Shown here: in pieces, positions 49,070 to 55,544 of the stretch
Layout: each line of letters opens with the position of its first letter
Numbering within the stretch: the first letter of the stretch is position 1
NCBI GenBank assembly: GCA_023245235.1
Contig: JAHFKT010000003.1
Coordinates: 1 to 55,544 of the forward strand
Reading direction: 5' to 3'
From: Candidatus Yanofskybacteria bacterium
GTDB lineage: Bacteria; Patescibacteriota; Minisyncoccia; 2-02-FULL-40-12; GWA2-44-9
Length of the DNA stretch: 55,544 nt
Notes under the pieces: model-generated
What the model was told of the DNA's origin: nothing
The model's database searches: none
The model's input: the letters and a program-made list of their open reading frames with translations, nothing else
Position numbers and translations under genes: made by a program

Positions 49070-49537
49070 ATGAGATTCCATCAGGCGGTTTGGTCAGCAC
49101 TTTTCGTTCTTCTGTGCAGCTCCCACGCTTTCGGCCAGGAGAAGATCAGGATCTTCAACCAAACCCACCTTTCGATCACGCTTGCCCCGCTACAGTCGGA
49201 AGTTCGCTATCGGGTGTTCCTGAATCCTCTGGGACTTCGGGCACCGTCGAGGGACCGCCTGATGTCCTATCGGTGCACGGGTACGGATATCGAGATTACC
49301 CTCACGCGTGTTGCCGTCAGACGCTATGAGCTTGCGATACTCATCAGGAGTGCGTTCGATCTGTCGGTCGGATTTTCCGGCCTGGCCCCGACACCCCTGG
49401 TCCATACGCTGCTTGAACCCCGCTATGCCGAGTATCCCCAGTATGCCGTGCACGCAGAACTTACCAAGTTCGAGCGCCCCCCATCTCCGACAACGCAGAA
49501 CCTAGACTGTTCCAAGTCTTGGTCGGTCGGCCGCTAA
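49070..49537 (+). CDS. Hypothetical secreted protein
   Basis: 155 aa. Signal peptide AVWSALFVLLCSSHAFG. Followed by a terminator. Confidence 0.5.
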   Translation: MRFHQAVWSALFVLLCSSHAFGQEKIRIFNQTHLSITLAPLQSEVRYRVFLNPLGLRAPSRDRLMSYRCTGTDIEITLTRVAVRRYELAILIRSAFDLSVGFSGLAPTPLVHTLLEPRYAEYPQYAVHAELTKFERPPSPTTQNLDCSKSWSVGR

Positions 49538-49541
49538 AAAC

Positions 49542-49563
49542 TGGCGCAATAAGCGCCATTTTT
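49542..49563 (+). terminator. Intrinsic terminator
   Basis: Stem TGGCGC / GCGCCA, loop AATAA, then TTTTT. Confidence 0.7.
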
Positions 49564-49646
49564 CTTGGATAAAAATGAATTTGCAAAATAATCAAAGTCA
49601 TGATAAAATACATCCAGATTTAACTTCTAGCTATTCAAATAGAGAC

Positions 49647-49910
49647 ATGGCGCTTACCACACAGCAAAAATCAAAAGTTTTGGAAAAGGTACGGATCCAC
49701 GACAAAGATACCGGTTCTGCCGAGGCGCAGATCGCTTTGTTCACCACGGAAATCGAATTCCTGGCCAGGCATTTAAAAAAGCACCAGAAAGATAACAGTT
49801 CCCGTCTGGGCCTCCTCAAAATGGTTGCCAAGCGGAAGCGGCTCCTGGACTATTTAAAGCGCGAAGATCCCAAGCGCCACTCCTCGCTGGTTAAGAAGTT
49901 GGATCTGTAA
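49647..49910 (+). CDS. rpsO: 30S ribosomal protein S15
   Basis: I chose the internal ATG at 49647. 87 aa with TGSAEAQIALFTTEIEFLARHLKKHQKDNSSRLGLLKMVAKRKRLLDYL. Confidence 0.95.
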   Translation: MALTTQQKSKVLEKVRIHDKDTGSAEAQIALFTTEIEFLARHLKKHQKDNSSRLGLLKMVAKRKRLLDYLKREDPKRHSSLVKKLDL

Positions 49911-49957
49911 TTTTAACAGAGGTCCTTCAGTCATTTTAATAATCAAGCAAGCGAGCT

Positions 49958-49979
49958 GATCCCGAACTAGTTCGGGATC
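49958..49979. promoter_or_regulatory. Perfect 22-bp palindrome in the rpsO-NYN spacer, flanked by a 10-nt direct repeat
   Basis: GATCCCGAAC-TA-GTTCGGGATC. GCAAGCGAGC occurs at 49947-49956 and again at 49984-49993. Confidence 0.5.
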
Positions 49980-50047
49980 CAATGCAAGCGAGCGATGATT
50001 ATATGGGAGAATATCTCCCCTATAACGACCGCAGTATCTCATTTTGT

Positions 50048-50560
50048 ATGAATAAACTCACCGTTCCTCAACGGAAGACCCATCGCGTCGGGGTATTTGT
50101 CGACGTTTCGAACATGTATCACTCGGCCAAGAACCTCTATAAGGCCCGCGTGAACTTTAAAGAATTGCTTCGTTTAACGGCCGGCAACCGCGAATTGGTT
50201 CGTGCGGTCGCGTATGTTGTTAAATCTGACACTGAAGAAGAAAAAGCATTCTTCGGGGCTTTGGAAAAAGCCGGGTTTGAATTGAAGTCCAAAGACCTCC
50301 AGATCTTTCCGGGCGGCATGAAAAAGGGCGATTGGGACGTGGGCATTGCGATAGACGCCATCACTCTTTCCAGACAGCTTGACGTGGTGGTCATTATCTC
50401 CGGCGACGGCGATTATGAGCCGCTCGTCGATTATTTGAAATTCAGCGGTCTCGTTGTCGAAGTGGCCGGCTTTAACCGCAGTACAAGCGCCCGGCTCATC
50501 GATGCGGCCAACAACTTCCTCGATCTTGAAGCGGTCAAAGACAGGGTTCTTCTAAGGTAA
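50048..50560 (+). CDS. NYN-domain (LabA-like) protein
   Basis: ATG at 50048. VGVFVDVSNMYHSAKN and VVVIISGDGDYEPLV motifs. Confidence 0.8.
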   Translation: MNKLTVPQRKTHRVGVFVDVSNMYHSAKNLYKARVNFKELLRLTAGNRELVRAVAYVVKSDTEEEKAFFGALEKAGFELKSKDLQIFPGGMKKGDWDVGIAIDAITLSRQLDVVVIISGDGDYEPLVDYLKFSGLVVEVAGFNRSTSARLIDAANNFLDLEAVKDRVLLR

Positions 50561-50600
50561 GGAAACAAAAAGCCGGACGTGAGTCTGGCTTTTTGTTTCC
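50561..50600 (+). terminator. Long hairpin after the NYN gene (terminator or processing site)
   Basis: GGAAACAAAAAGCC...GGCTTTTTGTTTCC arms around an inner stem GGAC/GTCT. Confidence 0.55.
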
Positions 50601-50759
50601 TACCGTGCTATATTCCAACCAAGTTAATTTAACAACCAACGAAAAGCAGTTGAAAAACCAATACGAATGGGGCTTTGGCCAAATTTCTTGATCCGCTGAC
50701 CGGCGGACTCGAGGCATCCGGCCAGAATTGTTTCTCACTCTTTTGTTGGTATTTGTCCT

Positions 50760-52874
50760 ATGGCAGTAAAAAGATATACGTCGGAGTTTGCCGGTAAGCC
50801 GTTAATGGTGGAGCTCGGCCGTTTAGGCGGTCAGGCGAACGGCGTTTGTTTGGTTCAGTATGGCGAAACGAGCGTGATGATAAACGCCACCATGTCTTCG
50901 CAAGTGAAGAGCGTCGACTATATGCCGCTTCAGGTTGAGTACGAGGAAAAGTACTATGCGGCGGGTAAGATCAAGGGTTCCAAATGGATAAAGCGCGAGG
51001 GCCGTCCGTCGGACGAAGCCGTTTTATCCGGCCGTTTGATCGACCGCGCGCTCCGGCCCCGCTTTGATCATAATATCCGTAACGAGATCCAGGTTGTAGC
51101 GACAGTGCTCTCATTTGACGGGGTGAACGACCCTGACATTCCGGCGCTGTTCGGTGCATCGCTTGCCCTTCTGATATCCGATATTCCCTGGAACGGTCCG
51201 GTTGCCGGTATCCGTATCGGCCGGGTCGAGGGGAAACTGGTCCTTAACCCGACCTATAAAGAGCGTATTACGAGCGATTTCGACATCGTCGTCGCCGGCA
51301 CGGCCAATAAGATCAATATGATCGAGGCCGGAGCGAAGATCGTTCCCGAACAAGACATGGCCCAGGCTATTGCCGCCGGGTTTACGGCCCTTGGAGAATT
51401 GATCGAATTTCAGAATAAAATTGCGGCCGAATCAGGTAAAAAGAAGAAAGAACTGGCGACGGTAAGCCAGGATGAGTCACTGACCGTATTGGTCAGAGAT
51501 TTTGCCGATCAGAAGCTGGAAGCAGCGCTCTATGCTCCCGGGAAAAATAAAACTGAATTCTACGAAGGGCTTGGTCAGATCAAAGCCGAAACAGAAGAAT
51601 ATATTAAAGCTCAATTTGCAGGTAATGCCGAGTTGCCCAAGAAGCTTGTCGAGGTATCGGTCATTTTCGAAGATGAGATAGACCGCATCGTCCATAGAAA
51701 TATCCTGGAGGGTGAAAAGCGACCGGACGGTCGGAAGATCGATGAATTGCGGGCGCTGTCGGCTGATGTCGGCATACTCCCCCACACTCATGGCACAGGA
51801 CTGTTTAATCGCGGTACAACTCAGGCATTATCGATACTGACCCTTGCCGCGCCCGGCATGGAGCAATGGCTCGAGACAATGGAGATAGACCTTACAAAGA
51901 AACGGTTCATGCACCACTATGCATTTCCGCCCTATAGCGTTGGCGAAGTAAAACGGCTGGGCGGTCTCAGCCGACGCGATATCGGGCATGGCTATCTTGC
52001 CGAACGGTCTCTGGAGCCGATCATTCCCAATAAAGACGAATTCCCGTATACCATCCGCGTCGTTTCGGAGATATTGTCTTCGAACGGCTCGTCTTCAATG
52101 GCGTCGGTCTGCGGTTCGACTCTGGCATTAATGGACGGTGGCGTGCCGATCAAATCCCCTGCCGCCGGTATCGCTATGGGCCTGATGTTCGATGAAAAGG
52201 GAGAAAAATACAAGATTCTGACCGACATCCAGGGCCCGGAAGATCACCACGGCGATATGGACCTGAAAGTTGCCGGCACAAAGGACGGCGTTACCGGCAT
52301 GCAGATGGATGTGAAGATCGAGGGCATTACTCCGAAGATCGTTGAAGAGACATTGGCCCAGGCCCGCAAGGCCCGCCTGGAGATCCTTGATGTGATCACG
52401 AAGACTATCGCAACCTCCCGTAGCGAGCTTTCACCCCATGCGCCGCGGGTTCAGACAATTAAGATCAATCCGGCTAAAATCGGCGCTCTTATCGGCCCGG
52501 GTGGCAAGATGATCAATGAAATTATCGAGAAAACCGGTGCCGAGATCGATATTGAAGATGACGGCTCAGTATTCGTGACATCAAATAGCGCTGAGGGCAT
52601 GGCCAAAGCCATGGAGTTGATCAAAGAGGTTACCTATGACCCGAAGCCCGGAGACGAATTCGACGGCCGGGTTGTGAAGCTCATGGATTTCGGCGCATTC
52701 GTTGAGATCATGCCCGGTCGGGACGGCATGGTCCATGTTTCCGAGATCAGCAAAGAACGCATCGCCCATCCCAGCGATGTACTCAAGACCGGACAGACGA
52801 TACACGTCTGGGTCAAGAGCGTGGATAGCGATTCGGGCAAGATCAGCCTGACCATGAAGGGACTCCACCAGTAG
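50760..52874 (+). CDS. pnp: Polyribonucleotide nucleotidyltransferase (PNPase)
   Basis: 704 aa. Two RNase PH domains, a KH domain (IGPGGKMINEI) and a C-terminal S1 domain (GRVVKLMDFGAFVEI). Confidence 0.97.
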   Translation: MAVKRYTSEFAGKPLMVELGRLGGQANGVCLVQYGETSVMINATMSSQVKSVDYMPLQVEYEEKYYAAGKIKGSKWIKREGRPSDEAVLSGRLIDRALRPRFDHNIRNEIQVVATVLSFDGVNDPDIPALFGASLALLISDIPWNGPVAGIRIGRVEGKLVLNPTYKERITSDFDIVVAGTANKINMIEAGAKIVPEQDMAQAIAAGFTALGELIEFQNKIAAESGKKKKELATVSQDESLTVLVRDFADQKLEAALYAPGKNKTEFYEGLGQIKAETEEYIKAQFAGNAELPKKLVEVSVIFEDEIDRIVHRNILEGEKRPDGRKIDELRALSADVGILPHTHGTGLFNRGTTQALSILTLAAPGMEQWLETMEIDLTKKRFMHHYAFPPYSVGEVKRLGGLSRRDIGHGYLAERSLEPIIPNKDEFPYTIRVVSEILSSNGSSSMASVCGSTLALMDGGVPIKSPAAGIAMGLMFDEKGEKYKILTDIQGPEDHHGDMDLKVAGTKDGVTGMQMDVKIEGITPKIVEETLAQARKARLEILDVITKTIATSRSELSPHAPRVQTIKINPAKIGALIGPGGKMINEIIEKTGAEIDIEDDGSVFVTSNSAEGMAKAMELIKEVTYDPKPGDEFDGRVVKLMDFGAFVEIMPGRDGMVHVSEISKERIAHPSDVLKTGQTIHVWVKSVDSDSGKISLTMKGLHQ

Positions 52875-53029
52875 TCAGACAAAAACAAAGACTGCCCACT
52901 CTCGGGCGGTTTTTGTTTTGTGCACAACAATATATTTACGTGTGCTACAATGAAAATAATATTCCTAAAGGAGGTTTTAGTATGACCAGAGAGTACAACT
53001 CTCGCGAACTCTAGAATCTTTCAATACCT

Positions 53030-54421
53030 ATGGACGATACAAGTCCAAAGCAGAGCCCTACTCAGGCCAATATCGACGATCTGGTCAAAGAACTGTCGAG
53101 GCCCCAGAATATTGGGCGCCCGTCGGCTCCAGCCCCGGCCCCAGTGGCTTCTAGGCCCGTAGTCCAACCGGTGATGCCGAAACCTCCGGTATCTGCGGTC
53201 ATGCCACCACAAACTGCTTCAAACCAGCCCAAGCCCATATCACCGGCCCCTGCTCCGGTCATGCCGCCGGCGCCGATATTGCCCAAATCGCCTCTTTCAG
53301 CTCCGGCCCCCGCCGCCCCTACCCCCGCTCCAGCGCCCAAGCCGGCAGCTCCAAAAGAATACCAGTCCAATATCCGGACTATGACCGATGACCTGAGCAA
53401 GTTGAGATCCGGCCAGCAACTTCAGGGAGTGACGATACCCCGAACCATAGAAGATCAGTCAAAAGCTCCGACTTTAGCGCCAAAGCCAGCCGTCCCGGCT
53501 CCGGTAAAGGCCCCGACTGTTCAAGTAAACCTAGGTCAAGGCCAGAAAGCCGCGCCTCTTGCCCCGACAGCGCCCAAGCCGGCAGTTCCAAAAGGTTCCG
53601 CCGAACAGAAAAATCAATTCTACGTCCCTGAAGAACCCGCCCCGGCGGCCGGTGGCATGAATCGAAACCTTCTCTTTATCGGCATCGGCGGAGCGGTAGT
53701 GGTACTGGCGGCAGCGTATTGGTATTTTATGATCCGCCAGCCAAGCGTCCAGGTTGTTGAATCTCCTACGCCCACTATCACCGAGAGTCCAAGCCCAAGC
53801 CCGACTCCCGTTGCTCTCGAGTCTATTTTTGCCAATCAAGGGGGGACAATTGCCCTACCGATTACCGGAGATCCGGGCAAGGCCTTTGCCACCGCCCTGG
53901 CCGCTCAAGCCGTTAATCCGGGCCAACTCGTTGTTCTGACCGTTTCCGGTTCAGCTGCTTCCGGAAGCACCCAAATACTGGGGACATTCGACCTCCTCGA
54001 CCGCTTCCTGATCTCATATCCCGCGAACTGGAAATCGGCAGCTCAACGCTCCATTTCCTTGGCGTACGGTCAGCAAGAAAAATTTGACGCCAAAGGTCAT
54101 CCCATCTCCAATCCTCCTCCCTCGGATAGGTTGGTCCTGGTCACGGAACTCACGGGTGCCACCATGGATGTTCTTAGGACTTGGGAACCCAGCATGACCG
54201 GTGCATTAGCGGGATTATTCGGGTTCGACAAATCGAAGAATGCCGGACCGTTCCAGGATAATAGCTATCAGGGGGTCCCCATCAGGTATAAGAACTTTCC
54301 AAACCCGGACCATTCAATAGACTATGCGATCGTTACATATCAGGGGAAGACCTATTGGGTTCTGGCCGCATCAAGAGAATCTATGTTTGCAGTAGTTAAC
54401 GCCTTCAACGCCCCAAGGTAG
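53030..54421 (+). CDS. Pro/Ala-rich single-pass membrane protein with a C-terminal globular domain (unknown function)
   Basis: 463 aa. About 200 aa of PAPAP-type low complexity, TM LLFIGIGGAVVVLAAAYWYFMI, then a ~220 aa ordered region. Confidence 0.6.
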   Translation: MDDTSPKQSPTQANIDDLVKELSRPQNIGRPSAPAPAPVASRPVVQPVMPKPPVSAVMPPQTASNQPKPISPAPAPVMPPAPILPKSPLSAPAPAAPTPAPAPKPAAPKEYQSNIRTMTDDLSKLRSGQQLQGVTIPRTIEDQSKAPTLAPKPAVPAPVKAPTVQVNLGQGQKAAPLAPTAPKPAVPKGSAEQKNQFYVPEEPAPAAGGMNRNLLFIGIGGAVVVLAAAYWYFMIRQPSVQVVESPTPTITESPSPSPTPVALESIFANQGGTIALPITGDPGKAFATALAAQAVNPGQLVVLTVSGSAASGSTQILGTFDLLDRFLISYPANWKSAAQRSISLAYGQQEKFDAKGHPISNPPPSDRLVLVTELTGATMDVLRTWEPSMTGALAGLFGFDKSKNAGPFQDNSYQGVPIRYKNFPNPDHSIDYAIVTYQGKTYWVLAASRESMFAVVNAFNAPR

Positions 54422-54430
54422 CGTGATGTG

Positions 54431-54464
54431 ATCATAAAGGCCCCCAACTGGGGGCCTTTATGAT
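54431..54464 (+). terminator. Hairpin after the Pro/Ala-rich gene
   Basis: Perfect 15-bp stem ATCATAAAGGCCCCC / GGGGGCCTTTATGAT with loop AACT. No clean U-tract. Confidence 0.5.
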
Positions 54465-54522
54465 CTTAGGAGAGAATACCGAACCATTCTGATCCCAACT
54501 CAATGATAAGAGCCGGGAAAAA

Positions 54523-54567
54523 TGTCACCTGGATTGGTGACAAGATGTCACCAAAAGATGGGTGACA
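54523..54567. promoter_or_regulatory. Tandem operator-like inverted repeats
   Basis: TGTCACC-N6-GGTGACA (54523-54542) and TGTCACC-N8-GGTGACA (54546-54567). Confidence 0.45.
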
Positions 54568-54569
54568 AA

Positions 54570-54578
54570 TTATCCACA
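54570..54578 (+). promoter_or_regulatory. Perfect DnaA box
   Basis: TTATCCACA, 2 nt after the second inverted repeat and 8 nt before a -35-like TTGACG. Confidence 0.5.
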
Positions 54579-54586
54579 GTTTTTAT

Positions 54587-54614
54587 TTGACGGGATAATC
54601 AGAAGAGTTAAAAT
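54587..54614 (+). promoter_or_regulatory. Sigma70-like promoter with no protein gene behind it
   Basis: TTGACG (54587-54592), 16 nt spacer, TAAAAT (54609-54614). Confidence 0.4.
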
Positions 54615-54619
54615 GATGG

Positions 54620-54748
54620 AGTAGTTCCTTCGGTTAGTCAGCTGGTGGTTACACAATAGTTTGTGGATTGCCGGCAATACACAATTCAAGGCGCGGATGT
54701 CACACCCGCATTCTTAAAACAGGACGCTTCCGCGCCTGTTTGCTTTTT
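54620..54748 (+). ncRNA. Candidate small RNA or leader (unclassified)
   Basis: Bounded by the promoter above and a U-tract (GCTTTTT ending at 54748). The U-tract is preceded by two mutually exclusive stems: 54689-97/54729-37 and 54717-23/54735-41. Contains the 12-bp palindrome ATTGCCGGCAAT and two copies of TACACAAT. No ORF of 60 aa or more. Confidence 0.25.
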
Positions 54749-54813
54749 ATGGTTGCATCGGGCAGTATTTTTCTATAGAATTGACTCATTCTTAATCTAG
54801 TAATAACATCACC

Positions 54814-55185
54814 ATGACTCAAGCTGAACTTAACAAGCTGTACGAATCGCTTACAAAAGAAGAGGCCCTTATCCGCAAAGAGCTTGCCGATGTTACGGTC
54901 AAAAATCCATCAGCAAAAGGAACTCTTCAGCCAAAACGAGTCGAATACGGAGATCCGGATGACGAGGATTCATATGCCCACGAAGTTACCGATATAGATC
55001 TCAATGTCGCGATGGAAAAAGAGTTGAAGACACGCCTGGACGAGGTCGTAAGGGCCAAAGAGAGAATAAAGGCCGGCCAATACGGCAAATGCGAGAACTG
55101 CGCACAGGATATAAAGCCCGAACGGCTGAAAGTGATGCCGATTGCCGCACTATGTATGGACTGTACTCGTAAATTAAAGTCATAA
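54814..55185 (+). CDS. DksA/TraR-family C4 zinc-finger protein
   Basis: 123 aa. CENCAQDI...ALCMDCT four-Cys finger after a coiled-coil region. TTGCAT-17-TAGAAT promoter-like motif at 54752-54780. Confidence 0.8.
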   Translation: MTQAELNKLYESLTKEEALIRKELADVTVKNPSAKGTLQPKRVEYGDPDDEDSYAHEVTDIDLNVAMEKELKTRLDEVVRAKERIKAGQYGKCENCAQDIKPERLKVMPIAALCMDCTRKLKS

Positions 55186-55214
55186 CCGATCGTGGAGGGT
55201 CGATTATCAATTTA

Positions 55215-55544
55215 TTGTCGGTACGTATTTTCTCGGCGTCGATAACCGGTATCGATGCCCAATTGATAGATGTAGAAGTGGACTCAACCCCAGGGCTCCA
55301 CTCTTTTAATATTGTCGGATTGCCCGATAAGGCAGTAGAGGAATCAAAGGAGCGCATCGCTTCGGCGATCCGTAATAATAACTTGATGCCGCCGAGCGCC
55401 AAGCATAAGAAGATAATCATCAATCTGGCGCCGGCTGATATCCGCAAAGAAGGTCCGGCTTACGACCTGCCTATTGCGGTCGGATATCTTCTCGAGACCG
55501 AACAGATCAAGTTCGATTCGGCGGGCAAGATGTTTATGGGGGAA
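55215..55544 (+). CDS. comM: YifB/ComM-family Mg-chelatase-like ATPase, N-terminal fragment (3' end outside window)
   Basis: Hand translation gives (M)SVRIFSASITGIDAQLIDVEVDSTPGLHSFNIVGLPDKAVEESKERIASAI...PADIRKEGPAYDLPIAVGYL. The start is uncertain: TTG at 55215, with a GGAGGG motif at 55194-55199. Confidence 0.75.
   Translation, partial: MSVRIFSASITGIDAQLIDVEVDSTPGLHSFNIVGLPDKAVEESKERIASAIRNNNLMPPSAKHKKIIINLAPADIRKEGPAYDLPIAVGYLLETEQIKFDSAGKMFMGE

Noticed and set aside
54620-54748. Possible identity of the candidate RNA with SRP (4.5S) RNA
   Set aside because: There is superficial similarity (CAAGGCGCGGATG...). The hallmark GGAA-tetraloop helix 8 motif and the paired symmetric loop are absent.

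Overview
This looks like a bacterial chromosomal window from a small, Shine-Dalgarno-poor genome. The gene content and layout resemble Patescibacteria/CPR, but that is an inference, not a search result.

Left end: the replication-origin neighbourhood, with a PBP fragment, a DUF721/DciA-like gene, dnaN and dnaA on the minus strand, diverging from rpmH-rnpA-yidD-yidC-jag on the plus strand.

5.7-13.9 kb: a minus-strand operon that reads as a minimal type IV secretion-like apparatus. It has a two-ORF VirB4 ATPase, a PrgI/VirB3-like protein, a VirB6-like polytopic protein, a Cys-rich secreted protein and a TolB-like beta-propeller. No relaxase, coupling protein or integrase is present. I consider this the best candidate for an undescribed system.

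13.9-26.6 kb: a tRNA-punctuated minus-strand array (tRNA-Arg, cca, tRNA-Pro, nadK, MNT-like nucleotidyltransferase, tRNA-Ala, AT-rich HEPN-like gene, VOC), then murA-murB, tRNA-Ala, an epimerase, an AAA-CYTH fusion, gatCA and ligA.

26.6-38.0 kb: a complete secretin-less type IV pilus locus (PilX-like protein, three minor pilins, pilD, major pilin, pilC, pilT, pilB, pilO, pilN, two inserted genes, pilM). comFC lies next to it and comM sits at the window end.

Remainder: a YcnI copper-protein pair, infB, an rfbB-like gene interrupted by one in-frame TAA, rfbA, tRNAs, a PAS histidine kinase with a REC-only regulator, an M23 peptidase, a Xer recombinase, rpsO-NYN-pnp, a Pro/Ala-rich membrane protein and a DksA/TraR protein.

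I folded nine tRNAs by hand. One is a Ser-type tRNA with an unusual ACU anticodon. No CRISPR array, rRNA, transposase or phage gene was seen.
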